IMG/VR virus record: IMGVR_UViG_3300045972_000112
Location: 3,227 to 67,226 of that record
DNA from: a virus
Length of the DNA stretch: 64,000 nt
Reading direction: 5' to 3' (one strand)
The stretch's first letter is position 1; each line of letters opens with the position of its first letter. Position numbers and translations under genes: made by a program. Of this stretch, positions 24,488 to 36,320 are shown piece after piece. Under the pieces are notes generated by a model, which did not search any database, was not told the origin of the DNA, and worked only from the letters and a program-made list of their open reading frames with translations.

Positions 24488-25765
24488 GTGTCTGACAACT
24501 GGGATCTCCTCATTGCGGCAGCCGGACCTGAGGGTCCTCCCGGTGCCGCCAGCACGGTGACCGGACCTACCGGATCGGTGGGACCCACCGGTCCTGCTGG
24601 CGCTACCGGCCCTACCGGCGCAGCCTCTAACGTAACCGGGCCTTCTGGGGCCACCGGTCCCGCAGGCTCTGCTGGTCCGACCGGACCAACCGGACCCACT
24701 GGTAGCGCGGGTTCTGCTGGACCGACTGGCCCCACTGGTGGTGCAGGTGCTGCTGGTCCTACCGGGCCTACCGGTAGCACTGGTTCCGCTGGATCCACGG
24801 GTCCTTCGGGACCCACTGGGCCCACAGGATCTACTGGTGCTGCGTCAACCGTCACGGGACCTACTGGTCCTGCTGGAACGCTAGGACCTACCGGGGCCAC
24901 CGGACCAACGGGCTCCACGGGCGCGGCCTCGACTGTCACGGGCCCCACTGGACCTGCCGGACCTACTGGTCCCACCGGATCTGCTGGCGCAGCCTCTAAC
25001 GTCACGGGACCAACCGGACCTGCTGGTAGTGCAGGCCCCACGGGTCCTACGGGTTCTGCTGGTGCGGCGTCCAACGTCACGGGTCCCACTGGTGCCGCAG
25101 GACCAACCGGCCCCACTGGGGCTGCCAGCACAGTTACTGGTCCCACGGGTGCTACTGGTCCCACAGGTGCTACCGGTCCAGCCTCGACGGTTACTGGACC
25201 CACTGGACCCGCCTCTACGGTTACCGGGCCGACTGGACCCACAGGTGCCACCGGAGCCGCGAGCACCGTAACCGGTCCCACCGGAGCAGCGGGCCCTACC
25301 GGACCCACGGGTTCGGCTGGTGCCGCTTCGACGGTCACAGGTCCTACTGGCGCGGCGGGTCCTACGGGTCCTACCGGTGCCGCTTCGACCGTCACCGGTC
25401 CTACCGGCGCGCTCGGACCTACTGGACCCACGGGTGCAACCGGAGCGGCCTCGACGGTCACCGGTCCTACCGGTCCGACAGGTCCTTCGGGTGGTGCGTC
25501 TGTCACGGAGATCGAGGTCGACTTCGGCTCCGGAGTACCCCGCTATGACGAGACCTTCGTCATCACGGACGCCGCTGTGAATCCTTCGAGCCGAATTCTG
25601 GTGTTCCCGTCAGGTAACACGGCAACGAATCGCGTGGGTAACGACCAGGAGTGGGACGGCATACTGGTTGCAGCGGTTGCTGGAAGCGGTTCGTTCACCC
25701 TTTCTTGCGTAGCGCAGCCAGGCCCGGTAGTGGGGGCCCGACGCTTCTTCTATCAGGTTCTCTGA
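24488..25765 (+). CDS. collagen-like (GPT repeat) fibre protein
   Basis: long Gly-X-Y run with GAASTVT interruptions. Confidence 0.9.
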   Translation: MSDNWDLLIAAAGPEGPPGAASTVTGPTGSVGPTGPAGATGPTGAASNVTGPSGATGPAGSAGPTGPTGPTGSAGSAGPTGPTGGAGAAGPTGPTGSTGSAGSTGPSGPTGPTGSTGAASTVTGPTGPAGTLGPTGATGPTGSTGAASTVTGPTGPAGPTGPTGSAGAASNVTGPTGPAGSAGPTGPTGSAGAASNVTGPTGAAGPTGPTGAASTVTGPTGATGPTGATGPASTVTGPTGPASTVTGPTGPTGATGAASTVTGPTGAAGPTGPTGSAGAASTVTGPTGAAGPTGPTGAASTVTGPTGALGPTGPTGATGAASTVTGPTGPTGPSGGASVTEIEVDFGSGVPRYDETFVITDAAVNPSSRILVFPSGNTATNRVGNDQEWDGILVAAVAGSGSFTLSCVAQPGPVVGARRFFYQVL

Positions 25766-25775
25766 GAGGTTCTCC

Positions 25776-27230
25776 ATGGCGGTTCTTGACACCGGTTCTA
25801 GCACAGCGGGTAAGGCGAACGTAACGGCAGACTACGAACTTGCCGTCGCGCTCCAGCGCACTGCTGCCAAGTCGGGTTTCGCTGTGGCTTCCTCTGAGGT
25901 TGACGCGGGATCAGTAAGCGGAAGCCGCGTGGTTCGCGCTGGCCTGACTTCGGCTAACCGCCGTCTTCTCGCCGCCACCGACCAGGTCATCTTCGACGAC
26001 TCCTTCTCCTCGACCTCTCAGAACACAACGCTGTGGCGCTCTGCCGTAACGACCTTCACACTGGGCCTGGCTTCCGGATACGTGGTCTTCAACAACTCCC
26101 TGGTCACTACTACCACCTCTAGCCAGGTCTACCAGACGTGGCGAACCTTCACGCTCGTGGGACAGCAGGTCATCGCGACGCAGATCCGCGCGATGATCAC
26201 GGCGGCTCCGCCGTCCAACTGGGTAGCCAACTTCGGATTCGCAGCAGCGAACGTCGCGTCGGCCCCGTACACCCCCTCGGACGGTGCCTACTTCCGAATC
26301 AACAGCATGGGGATCTACGGCGTCGTCAACTACAACGGTACGGAGACCGTGTCGGGACTCCTGCTGGCGGCTGCGGCCATCCCGGTCAACACCAACATCG
26401 GTTTCCGTGTCCTGGTCACCCAGTTCTCCACTGAGTTCTGGTACCAGGGAGGGTCCGGAGACTACATTCTCCTTGGAACCATCTCCACCCCGGCAGGTAA
26501 CGGGCAGCCCTACTCCGCTGGCTCGGTTCCGGTCACCCTCCAGTTGACCCAGCCGGGTGTCGCATCCGCTGCGGTCTCCATCAAGTTCTCGGACGTCACG
26601 GTATGGACCGGTGACAACTTCGCCAACAAGCCGTACAACCACGTCGCCGCGCTCCAGGGGCAGCACTCATCCCAGGGACAGAACGGTGGAACGCTTGGTA
26701 CCACTGCTCTCTACTCCAACAGCCTTGCTGCTGGTGCCGGTGCTGCTCTGACCAACACCACTGCCGCTGCCGGTTCGGGTCTCGGTGGTCAGTTCTCGGT
26801 TCAGCCGACGCTGGCTGCGGGTACTGACGGAGTTCTGACCTCGTACCAGAACCCCGCAGGTTCGGCCACAGCGCCTCCGCGCAATCTCGTGATCACAGGT
26901 CTCCGACTCCAGGGAACCGTCACAACCGCGCTGACTGGTGGACCCTGCATCTTCGCGATCTCCCTGGCGTACGGGCACACTGCGGTATCCCTGGCTACCG
27001 CTGAGGCGATCAACGCCAAGGCTCCGCGCCGTGTCCCGCTCGGAATCGATGCCGCCTACGTCGCTACCGCCGCAGTCGGCGTCACGGGAACAGCGCTCGA
27101 CTTCAAGTTCTCTACCCCCATTGTGGTGAATCCTGGTGAGTTCATCCAGGTAGTCCTCAAGAACCTCGGAACCGTCACGTCGGCTGGTGTCATCACCTAC
27201 CTCGTCGGGTTCGAGGGCTACTGGGACTGA
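25776..27230 (+). CDS. putative virion fibre/structural protein
   Basis: 484 aa, rich in A/T/G/S, beta-type composition. Confidence 0.7.
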   Translation: MAVLDTGSSTAGKANVTADYELAVALQRTAAKSGFAVASSEVDAGSVSGSRVVRAGLTSANRRLLAATDQVIFDDSFSSTSQNTTLWRSAVTTFTLGLASGYVVFNNSLVTTTTSSQVYQTWRTFTLVGQQVIATQIRAMITAAPPSNWVANFGFAAANVASAPYTPSDGAYFRINSMGIYGVVNYNGTETVSGLLLAAAAIPVNTNIGFRVLVTQFSTEFWYQGGSGDYILLGTISTPAGNGQPYSAGSVPVTLQLTQPGVASAAVSIKFSDVTVWTGDNFANKPYNHVAALQGQHSSQGQNGGTLGTTALYSNSLAAGAGAALTNTTAAAGSGLGGQFSVQPTLAAGTDGVLTSYQNPAGSATAPPRNLVITGLRLQGTVTTALTGGPCIFAISLAYGHTAVSLATAEAINAKAPRRVPLGIDAAYVATAAVGVTGTALDFKFSTPIVVNPGEFIQVVLKNLGTVTSAGVITYLVGFEGYWD

Positions 27231-27271
27231 CGGGTACTACCGACTCGGGAATCGTCACTAAGATTCGGTTC

Positions 27272-28312
27272 GTGAAGATCGCGGTATACACCATCGCCCT
27301 CAATGAGGCGAGTTACGTTCATACCTGGGCCGCTTCGGCAGCCGACGCGGACTACCGTTTGATCTTGGACACGGGCTCTACCGATGACACGGTTTCGCTC
27401 GCGCGAGCCGAGGGTGTCGACGTCTACACCGCGAAGATCGATCCATGGCGGTTCGACGAGGCCCGCAACGAGGCGCTGGATCTCCTGCCCACGGATATCG
27501 ACCTCTGCATCGCCCTCGATATGGACGAGGTCCTGCTTCCCGGTTGGCGCGAGGAACTGGAGAAGTTGCCACCCGAGGTGACGCGTCCGCGCTACGAGTA
27601 CACCTGGTCCTGGAACCCTGACGGCACACCAGGTCTCACCTACCACGGTGACAAGATTCACGCCCGGTACAAGGGATACCGCTGGAAGCACCCGGTGCAT
27701 GAGGTGCTGGTAAGCGACCAGGAGATTCAGGGATGGTGCGACCTCAAGATCCACCACTTCCCGGATCCCGCTAAGTCGCGTGGGCAGTACTTCCCGATGC
27801 TCGAACTCGCGGTGGCAGAGGATCCCGAGGACGACAGGAACGCGCACTACCTGGCTCGCGAGTACTACTACCACGGCATGTACGAGAAGGCTGCTGCTGA
27901 GTTCAAGCGGCACCTGTCCCTCCCCCGCGCCGTATGGAGCAGCGAGCGCGCGGAGTCCATGCGCTACCTCGCGACGTCGGAGCCCTGGCTGGCAGAGACC
28001 TGGCTGCTTCGCTCGTGCGCTGAGGACTCGTCGCGTCGTGAGCCCTGGATCGGACTGGCTGAACACTACCTGTCCCAGGAGGACTGGCCAGGCTGCTACC
28101 ACGCCGCGACTCGTGCCCTGTCCATCACCGAGCGCCCGACGACGTACATCAACCAGGCCGAGTCCTGGGGATGGAAGCCTCACGACCTCGCCGCGCTTGC
28201 TGCCCACTTCCTGGGAATGAAGCAGGAGGCAATCCGTCACGGGGAAGCAGCGGTGAACCTGAATCCCGATGACGATAGACTGAATGCGAATCTGGCCTTC
28301 TATACCGCTTGA
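27272..28312 (+). CDS. glycosyltransferase family 2 with TPR repeats
   Basis: IALNEA, LDTGSTDDT, FDEARN, LDMDE, VHE; C-terminal TPR-like helices. Confidence 0.9.
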   Translation: MKIAVYTIALNEASYVHTWAASAADADYRLILDTGSTDDTVSLARAEGVDVYTAKIDPWRFDEARNEALDLLPTDIDLCIALDMDEVLLPGWREELEKLPPEVTRPRYEYTWSWNPDGTPGLTYHGDKIHARYKGYRWKHPVHEVLVSDQEIQGWCDLKIHHFPDPAKSRGQYFPMLELAVAEDPEDDRNAHYLAREYYYHGMYEKAAAEFKRHLSLPRAVWSSERAESMRYLATSEPWLAETWLLRSCAEDSSRREPWIGLAEHYLSQEDWPGCYHAATRALSITERPTTYINQAESWGWKPHDLAALAAHFLGMKQEAIRHGEAAVNLNPDDDRLNANLAFYTA

Positions 28313-28320
28313 GGTAACTT

Positions 28321-31300
28321 GTGTCGACTCCTACAGTCTCTGACCGCTGGGTGGTCGAGTTTGACGGTGAAGAGACCTTCACTGTCGACATCGCCCCGGC
28401 TGGTGTAGGACCGACGGGTCCATCAGGTCCCACAGGAGCGCTAGGTCCCACGGGTCCCACCGGGCCGCGAGGTTTCGACTCTGTAGTTACCGGTCCAACA
28501 GGAAGCCAGGGACCCACGGGTCCCGTAGGTGCGACTGGCCCAACGGGTCCTACCGGAGCCGCCTCGACCGTCACCGGCCCTACTGGAGCCACCGGCCCTA
28601 CTGGACCCGCTGTCACCGGCCCCACAGGCGCAGCGAGCACTGTCACCGGCCCTACCGGACCGACTGGGGCCACGGGTGCCACCGGTCCTGCTGGTGCGGC
28701 CTCGACCGTTACAGGACCGACAGGAGCCCTCGGACCTACCGGTAACAGCGGGCCAGCCGGAACGACGGGACCTACCGGACCTACTGGTCCCCCTTCGACA
28801 GTTACCGGACCAACGGGTGCAACTGGACCGACCGGTCCGACGGGTGCCGCGTCGTTCATCACTGGACCTACGGGTGCCAGCGGAGCCACGGGTCCTACCG
28901 GTTTCATCGGACCGACCGGACCGACCGGACCTACCGGAGCGGCCAGCACAGTCACTGGTCCTACAGGATTCCAGGGACCTACTGGTCCAACGGGGCCCAC
29001 CGGAGCAACGGGCGCAGCCAGCAACGTCACAGGCCCCACTGGTCCCGTGGGGCCTACTGGTCCTACCGGCCCCATCGGTGCTGCCAGCACGGTCACGGGA
29101 CCTACCGGAGCGCTAGGTCCCACTGGACCGACTGGACCTACAGGCGCGGCGTCGACCGTAACCGGTCCTACTGGACCCGCTGGTTCCGGCCCTACCGGCC
29201 CTACTGGACCTACAGGTGCGGCTAGCACAGTCACGGGACCGACTGGACCAATGGGACCTACAGGCCCTGCCGGTGGCGGTGGTGGCGGAACGACTGGCCC
29301 TACCGGTCCCACGGGCCCCGCAGGTGCTGCCAGCACTGTCACCGGACCTACCGGAGCGCAGGGCCCTACTGGCCCTACCGGTGCTACTGGCGTGGCCTCG
29401 ACTGTCACAGGACCGACAGGTGCTCTAGGTCCTACTGGTCCGACAGGTGCTACCGGAGCGGCTTCGACCGTCACCGGTCCTACCGGCGCGCTTGGACCCA
29501 CCGGACCTACCGGACCTACTGGGGCCAACCCGGTTGGTGCCCTCCTCTCGGCCAATAACCTGTCCGATGTCGCAAGCGTGGCCACGGCTCAGACCAACTT
29601 GCAGGTCTACTCCAAGACCGCGTCTGACGCACGGTTCATGCCCCTGGTCGCTGTCGCGCCTCGCTTCCCTGCCGAGACGGCGTATGCCGCGTCCCTGTTG
29701 GCTGCGACTGTCGGTGTTACCGCATACTCCTGGATCAACAACGCGGGAATTGAGACCTACGAGAACGGGGACCCCGGTGTGGCCGCAGCGCCCACGGGAT
29801 TCATTGCCACATCCTCGACTCGAACATCAGCAAACCTGGTATGGGACCCGATCTTCAACGGTAATGCCGCGCTCACGTCGCTGATCGTCTCGTGGAACAA
29901 CGCTGCTACTGGGGCAATCGCAGGTGTTACCACCATCTCTACGGCTGCCACCAGTTACACCATCACGGGGCTGTCAGCAAACACCTCGTACACAGTCTCC
30001 CTAACTGCGCGCAACGCGTACGGGGACGCCGTGTCCACGGTCGCGCTGCCCGTCCAGATCCCTATTTCGACCATGCCGATCTCCCCAGCCAGCCTCACGC
30101 TCACCCCGGGTGGAAACCAGATCACGGCTTCCTGGGCCGTTCCGAGCGACACTGGCGGCGCGTCGGTAACCAACTACACCTACATCATCTCCGCTACAGA
30201 CGGCACCTACTCGGTAACAGGAACGACCTCCAGCACCTCCGTGGTTCTCACCGGCTTGGCCAAGAAGCCCTACGTCGTTTCCGTTCGCGCGAGCAATGCC
30301 TCGAACACGGGATGGGCCGAGGCGATTGCCACACCGACGCTGGCAAGCCTGGCTGGCGCTCCGACTGGCCTGACTCCCACCGCTGGAAACCGCCAGGTGG
30401 CACTGGCCTGGACCGCACCGGTCAGCACGGGTGGAGTCTCGCTGACCGACTACTTCGTAGAGTGGTCTACGGACGGCATCAACTTCACCGGGTCGGGCTA
30501 TGTCGGATCAGCGACAGCGGCGTACACCGTGACGAGCCTGATCTACGGAAACACCTACACCTTCCGGGTCTCCGCAGTTAACGGCATCGGAATTGGCTCT
30601 CCTTCAAGTACAACCACATCCACGCCTACCGCGTCGGCTCCGGCGACACCTTCGGCACCTACAGTCGCCGCTGGTAACGCCCAGGTAACCGTGCAGTATG
30701 TCCTCCCTGCGGACAACGGTGCCGCGATCACTGCCTTCAAGGTGGAGAAGTCGGACTCGACGTCGACCTACACCACCTGGACAACGGTGACGACTGCGGC
30801 TTCGACCTCAGGAAGTTACACCGCTACCGGACTCACCAACGGCTTGAGTTACAAGTTCCGCGTCTCTGCCATCAACCCGGTAGGGACGGGCTCGGCTTCG
30901 ACCGCCAGTTCCGTTGTGACGCCGATCAATATCCCAGCCACCGTGGTATTCGGGCTGGGCAGCGACGGTGCCAGCAACTCCTACCTAGTCGCTCCGAACA
31001 CCGGTTACACGACCTGGACCGGAAGCACCCCGACCGACACGACACTCAACGTGTGGTTGTACGGGCTTAACGTGCCGAGCGGTATGGCGTTCAACCCGTC
31101 CGGCGTCGGGGTGGTCAACTCCACTGGACAGATCGGTCGCAGCACCGACGGTGGGGCAACCTGGTCAGATGCCAATGGTGGAACACAGGTAGCCCCGCAG
31201 GCGACCTCTGTGACTGCGAAGGTCATGACTTGGGTCAATGGCTACTTCCTGATGGGTACCTCGGCTCGCAAGGTGAACTACTCCACGGACGGAAACACCT

Positions 31301-31887
31301 GGTCGCAGAACGCGCCTGGTGGTGTCGGAAACGTCAAGGCGTTCGCCTACGGAATCGGATCCGGTGCTGGTGGCCAGGCGCGATACATCCTTGTTGGTAC
31401 CGGTGCCAGCACCAGCGTGGCCGGGGCGGCGTACACCAACACAGACCCGTCAGGTACCTGGACCTGGTCCGGCTCCGTTACTGGAAACCCCTGGTACGGC
31501 GCGGCGTTTGGTAACGGAACCTTCGTCGCCGTCGGTGGTGCTTCTGGTGTGGCCCGATTCTCCACCTCTACGGAGGGAATCACCTGGGCCGACTCGACGA
31601 CCCCAGGATCCGTGTCCGCGCAGATGTGGGACGTCTGCTGGGGCGGAGGAAAGTTCGTGGCAGTCGGCAAGGGTGGCCTCATCGTCACGGCTCTCGACTC
31701 TGCACCGACATCCTGGACGAAGCAGACCTCCCCGGTCACGACGGACCTCAAGACCGTCATCTACGTCAACAGCAAGTTCTTCGCCAACACGGTCGACGGC
31801 AAGGTGATCGTGTCCAGCGACGGCGTGACCTGGAACTCCTACACGGCCACAAGCGCCACCGTCCTCTACTGCATCGCGGGGTACTGA
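28321..31887 (+). CDS. collagen, fibronectin type III and beta-propeller fibre protein
   Basis: GPT repeats; FN3 motifs ([18 protein letters not shown]); STDGxTW repeats. Confidence 0.9.
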   Translation: MSTPTVSDRWVVEFDGEETFTVDIAPAGVGPTGPSGPTGALGPTGPTGPRGFDSVVTGPTGSQGPTGPVGATGPTGPTGAASTVTGPTGATGPTGPAVTGPTGAASTVTGPTGPTGATGATGPAGAASTVTGPTGALGPTGNSGPAGTTGPTGPTGPPSTVTGPTGATGPTGPTGAASFITGPTGASGATGPTGFIGPTGPTGPTGAASTVTGPTGFQGPTGPTGPTGATGAASNVTGPTGPVGPTGPTGPIGAASTVTGPTGALGPTGPTGPTGAASTVTGPTGPAGSGPTGPTGPTGAASTVTGPTGPMGPTGPAGGGGGGTTGPTGPTGPAGAASTVTGPTGAQGPTGPTGATGVASTVTGPTGALGPTGPTGATGAASTVTGPTGALGPTGPTGPTGANPVGALLSANNLSDVASVATAQTNLQVYSKTASDARFMPLVAVAPRFPAETAYAASLLAATVGVTAYSWINNAGIETYENGDPGVAAAPTGFIATSSTRTSANLVWDPIFNGNAALTSLIVSWNNAATGAIAGVTTISTAATSYTITGLSANTSYTVSLTARNAYGDAVSTVALPVQIPISTMPISPASLTLTPGGNQITASWAVPSDTGGASVTNYTYIISATDGTYSVTGTTSSTSVVLTGLAKKPYVVSVRASNASNTGWAEAIATPTLASLAGAPTGLTPTAGNRQVALAWTAPVSTGGVSLTDYFVEWSTDGINFTGSGYVGSATAAYTVTSLIYGNTYTFRVSAVNGIGIGSPSSTTTSTPTASAPATPSAPTVAAGNAQVTVQYVLPADNGAAITAFKVEKSDSTSTYTTWTTVTTAASTSGSYTATGLTNGLSYKFRVSAINPVGTGSASTASSVVTPINIPATVVFGLGSDGASNSYLVAPNTGYTTWTGSTPTDTTLNVWLYGLNVPSGMAFNPSGVGVVNSTGQIGRSTDGGATWSDANGGTQVAPQATSVTAKVMTWVNGYFLMGTSARKVNYSTDGNTWSQNAPGGVGNVKAFAYGIGSGAGGQARYILVGTGASTSVAGAAYTNTDPSGTWTWSGSVTGNPWYGAAFGNGTFVAVGGASGVARFSTSTEGITWADSTTPGSVSAQMWDVCWGGGKFVAVGKGGLIVTALDSAPTSWTKQTSPVTTDLKTVIYVNSKFFANTVDGKVIVSSDGVTWNSYTATSATVLYCIAGY

Positions 31888-31890
31888 GAA

Positions 31891-33231
31891 ATGACACAGC
31901 GAAAGATCACGGGCGACGCCACCGCTACTGGCAACGGTGCGGTCCGTCTCGCTGGTGACCTCCAGGGAAGTGCGGCCTCCCCCAAGGTGGCTCCCACTGG
32001 GACGCTCTCACTGCATACGCACAGCCACCTGCACAGCCCGGTAGGGGCGCTACTTCACACCAACAACGGGGCTCCGACGACGCTGTACCCGGCCAATGCG
32101 GATAGCACCATCGGTCACGGTGGCAACTACCTGATCACGCTGAATTCGAGTCTGACGTTCACGCTCTCGCCGCGATTCAACGACACCACTCGCGCGGGCA
32201 CAACGATGGACGCGCGCTACTACCGTGAGGCGACGCAGAAGTCTCTGGGGCTGGCTGACTTGGGTCTTCACGGATTCGAGGTCGGCGGTGACATCAATGT
32301 CACGTTCGTCCAGGACGACGTGGGCGGTTGGACTCCTACCATCGCCTCCGCACTGTCCCTGAACGCGACCTTCGCTCCCACTATGGGAAGCGGAACTGCG
32401 GGTCAGCACAAGACCGCAATCTTCCGATACATGGGGCCCTGGCTGGGATTCAAGACGATCTACGTCGACTCTTCCTGGACCACCTTCCCGTACACGATGG
32501 CACCGTCGTCCACTCGTTCTGGCAAGTATGTTCGAGCCATCCTGGGAAACAACTACGCGGCAAGGACGACGTCCTACACCGGAAACCTGGACGCGGTAGT
32601 GCTCAACACCCCCTTGCAGTACCGCAAGTGGTTGTACAACGCGGGCTGCACATTCGAGTTCAACACCCCCGACTCCAACGCGTACTCACAGATGCTTACC
32701 AGTGTCACGGGTTCGGCGTCTGTGAGCAGCGCTGTCGGTGTCACCCTCATGGATATCCCGCACAACCCAATCGCGATGATCTCTGGGTACTCCCAGTTCG
32801 CGGCTACCCACGAGACCGGTCACATCACCGACTACCTGTGGTTCCGTCAGGACGGAACTGGGGTCGGGTACGACGTCCAGAGCGACACCGTCCTAGCAGC
32901 GCTCTACGCGCAGGACTTCACGGACTGGAACGCCGCTGCCGGTCTTGGATCTCTGGTCTACAACAACGGGCAACTGGTGGGAACCAGCGACCAATCCAAG
33001 GACACCGTTGGCGCGCTCGGTTGGTCTGGGTCGTACGGCTACTTCGTGTCCAGCCGAAGGGAGTGGATCGCGGAACTGATCTCCACGTACATGGCCTACC
33101 GAATGGTCACGTACTACGGAGGAACCGGAACCTCGATCCCCGACAGCATGGATTCCTGCACCAACCCGTCACGTCGAACAGCGGTACTGGCACGACTGGA
33201 CACGCTGTTCTCGACCATCAATACCAACTAG
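31891..33231 (+). CDS. putative virion protein with C-terminal zincin (HExxH) domain
   Basis: LAGDLQG fibre-type N-terminus; HETGH...REWIAE. Confidence 0.65.
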   Translation: MTQRKITGDATATGNGAVRLAGDLQGSAASPKVAPTGTLSLHTHSHLHSPVGALLHTNNGAPTTLYPANADSTIGHGGNYLITLNSSLTFTLSPRFNDTTRAGTTMDARYYREATQKSLGLADLGLHGFEVGGDINVTFVQDDVGGWTPTIASALSLNATFAPTMGSGTAGQHKTAIFRYMGPWLGFKTIYVDSSWTTFPYTMAPSSTRSGKYVRAILGNNYAARTTSYTGNLDAVVLNTPLQYRKWLYNAGCTFEFNTPDSNAYSQMLTSVTGSASVSSAVGVTLMDIPHNPIAMISGYSQFAATHETGHITDYLWFRQDGTGVGYDVQSDTVLAALYAQDFTDWNAAAGLGSLVYNNGQLVGTSDQSKDTVGALGWSGSYGYFVSSRREWIAELISTYMAYRMVTYYGGTGTSIPDSMDSCTNPSRRTAVLARLDTLFSTINTN

Positions 33232-33300
33232 TTACCAGGACAAGCAGGCAGCGCCATACGCTTGTCAGTGAGTCTGCATCACCTTGAGGAAGGTCCCAAC

Positions 33301-33708
33301 ATGGCAGCACAGGACATCGCCCCGGCCCCGGGTTTCCCGGAGCGGGCAGACACGGTCTACGAGCGCAAGATCGCGCCGTCGATCCCAGGTAACCGTGGAC
33401 CTCTCCGCTTCGAAGAGGGCATCGCGACCGACACGGACGTCCCGAACGACTTCCAGAAGGGCATCCTCCAGGGCTACATCACCCCGGCTGGTCGCCCAAA
33501 CCACAACCAGAACGTCTTCGAGAAGTTCCCCGAGGAGACCATGAAGGAGCGGGCCCACGTCGGCTCCGCTGCCTGGGTCGAGGCTCCTACCTACCTCGGA
33601 GAGTTCGCGCACGGGTCGTTCAACGACTACGCGGCGCAGGTGTTCGAGCAGGTCGACCGCAGCGGCGGACGCTACGAGCGTCTCAACCCTGCCGAGATCG
33701 ACTCGTAG
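33301..33708 (+). CDS. putative structural protein
   Basis: GAGGAAGG RBS; strongly biased codons; RGPLRFEEGIATDTD. Confidence 0.75.
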   Translation: MAAQDIAPAPGFPERADTVYERKIAPSIPGNRGPLRFEEGIATDTDVPNDFQKGILQGYITPAGRPNHNQNVFEKFPEETMKERAHVGSAAWVEAPTYLGEFAHGSFNDYAAQVFEQVDRSGGRYERLNPAEIDS

Positions 33709-33720
33709 GTTCTCTGACTC

Positions 33721-33993
33721 ATGGTCGCGTTCCACGACCGGCGTAGCGCACACGTCGAATCTGTCGATGACGTACTCCCTGGCCTCCCCTTCAATCCCGG
33801 GGACACGCTAGGGAAGCACGTCATCGACGGTCGATACGTGGTGCGTGGGGAGAAGACCGAGACCGGACGAGAGTTCGTGGTCCATGAAGTCCTCCCTAAC
33901 GGTCGTGTGATTGAAGTGGATCGAACCGACCGTCGGTACAAGGCCAACAAGGCGACCGAGGGCCGAGCGCCCACGAGCGTCTACGACATCTGA
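33721..33993 (+). CDS. hypothetical protein
   Basis: ORF in late operon. Confidence 0.65.
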   Translation: MVAFHDRRSAHVESVDDVLPGLPFNPGDTLGKHVIDGRYVVRGEKTETGREFVVHEVLPNGRVIEVDRTDRRYKANKATEGRAPTSVYDI

Positions 33994-34013
33994 TAAGTGC
34001 TACGCTAAGTGCT

Positions 34014-34487
34014 ATGAATCAGTGCATTCGTAGAACCTGCGGGATCGAGTTCGACCACGAGCCGACAGTCTCAAAGCGCAGCGACTCAATCGTTCGCGGT
34101 GAGGTCTTCTGCTCGGTGAAGTGCAAGAATTATGAGGCGGAGTACCGGAAGCAGAAGATCCGGCGCGCTAAGGGCCTCGACACAATTAGCCGACGACGTC
34201 GTGACTTCCGTAAGAAGTACGGAATCACCCTCGAAGACTGGGACAAGATGTACACGGATCAGACTGGCAAGTGCGCCATCTGTGACGTCTCGTTCGACGG
34301 TCTCAAGGTGTGTGTGGATCACGACCACAAGACCGGCGCAGTACGCGGCCTTCTTTGCGTCGAGTGCAATCACGGACTAGGAAAGTTCAAGGACGACTCG
34401 TCTGTGCTGTTCGCAGCAGCGACGTACCTCCTTCGTGAGCCCCTTCATACGGGCGTTAGCACCCGGCTGGGGGTGATGAGCGAATGA
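34014..34487 (+). CDS. endonuclease VII-type HNH homing endonuclease
   Basis: KYGIT, CAIC, VDHDHKTGAVRGLLCVECNHGLG; leaderless TACGCT-7 nt-ATG. Confidence 0.9.
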   Translation: MNQCIRRTCGIEFDHEPTVSKRSDSIVRGEVFCSVKCKNYEAEYRKQKIRRAKGLDTISRRRRDFRKKYGITLEDWDKMYTDQTGKCAICDVSFDGLKVCVDHDHKTGAVRGLLCVECNHGLGKFKDDSSVLFAAATYLLREPLHTGVSTRLGVMSE

Positions 34488-36215
34488 GTGTTACCTTCGC
34501 ATCCCCCTCGATGCGCGCGGCGGCTAGCGACCTTACGGTTGCTATTTCCCCGCTAGGTTTGGTCGAACTCGCGGACGAAGAATTTGAAGTCCATGGGCCA
34601 CGACTGAACAGGTACGCTCAGAATTTACTGGGCGATGTACCTGGGACACCACTGGGCCTACCAGCGCGAGTTCGGAGAGCCGCAGATCACCTTCAACTAC
34701 GTGAAGGCGTTCGCTGACTGGATCAACAACTTCACCTTCTCCCGTGGCTGCAACTTCACCACCGCCAAGCAGTACCAGCACATCGTCCCTTCCCTCTACA
34801 AGAGGATCTGGGAGATCGACAACGACAAGACCAACCTTCTCTGGGAGATGGGAAACCAGGGTGGTGTCGGTGGCGACTGCTTCGCGAAGGTCGCGTACGA
34901 GCCTGAGTGGACGGACTCGGTAGGACTTACCCACCCTGGCCGCGTCCGCATCCTCCCGCTGAACTCGGCGTTCTGCTTCCCCGAGTGGCACCCCCACGAC
35001 CGCTCGCGCCTACTCCGATTCAAGTTGAAGTACCGATTCTGGGGCACCAGCACCGAGGGAACGCGACAGGTCTACACGTACACCGAGATCATCACCGAGC
35101 AGTGGATCGAGGAGTACGTCAACGACGAACTCATCGACGGTCGACCCAACCCGCTGGGCGAGATCCCCATCGTTCATATCCCGAACATCCCCGTGTCCGG
35201 ATCCCCCTGGGGTCTCTCGGATATCGGGGACATCATCTCGTTGAACCGTGAGTACAACGAGAAGGCCACCGACATCTCGGACATCATCAACTACCACGCG
35301 TCCCCGGTCACGATCATCACGGGCGCGAAGGCCTCGAACCTTGAGAAGGGTGCGAAGAAGGTCTGGGGCGGTCTCCCCAAGGACGCCAACGTCTTCAACC
35401 TGGAGAACGGCGTTAACCTCGCCGGTCCCTTGGAGTACCTGGAGACGATCAAGCGCTCCATGCACGAACTGACTGGCGTCCCCGAGACGGCTCTTGGACA
35501 GGTCCAGCCCATCTCCAATACCTCAGGTGTCGCGCTCGCGATCATGTACCAGCCTGCGATGCAGCGCTACAACATGAAGAAGTTGACCTACACCAAGGGA
35601 ATCAAGGAGATCAACCGCCTGGCCCTCAAGACGCTCTTCATCTTCGAGCCGGACTCGGTCTACTACGACCCGAATACCGAGGGGATCCTTGAGGACCCCC
35701 AGACGCAGCCGATGGAGATCGACCCTGAGGACCCGCTGGTCTACCAGCACGAGGTCGAGTGGGTACCTCCGCTTCCTGTCGATGCCCTGATCAAGTTGCA
35801 GGAGATCCAGCAGAAGATGCTGCTGGGCATCGAGTCTCGCCGTGGTGCTCTTCGTGACCTGGGTAACGCCTTCCCGGACGAGAAGATGCAGGAGATCTTC
35901 GAGGAGAAGATGCGGGACGCCAACGACGACGGCGCGATGCGTCTCCTCCAGGCGCAGATCGACTCCACGATCACGGCCCTAACTGGTGTGGTACCAGAGG
36001 GATCCGAGCAGCCTGGCACGACACAGACCGACGCGGATGGTCAGCCGATCCAGCCTGTTGGCGGGCCCGGTGCCGTCAGCGCGCCACCAGTTGACCCAGC
36101 GAACGCCGCAGTCGGTGCGGACCAGCACTACGAACTCATGAACCAGTTGGTCACCCAGGCGTACGGCACGAAGTTGGGCGTTCGTCGCCCTGCCCTGCCA
36201 GAGACAAGTGACTGA
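34484..36215 (+). CDS. portal protein, interrupted by a +1 frame change near 34625
   Basis: MSVTFASPS...RLNRYAQN continues as YWAMYLGHHW in the next frame; GEIPIVH, SGVAL motifs; lies before scaffold and capsid. Confidence 0.85.
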
Positions 36216-36320
36216 TTACAACTGCTTGACGAACCCGTGGAAGCATTGGGTCCGTTGAAGAGAATGCACTCGCATTCGGGGTACTAATCCGGAGAATCAC
36301 ATCCATCCGTGGAGAGAACT

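Noticed and set aside
24488-29530. CRISPR array or DNA-level tandem repeat
   Set aside because: Repeats are degenerate at third codon positions and reflect Gly-Pro-Thr collagen coding; there is no repeat-spacer structure in the window.
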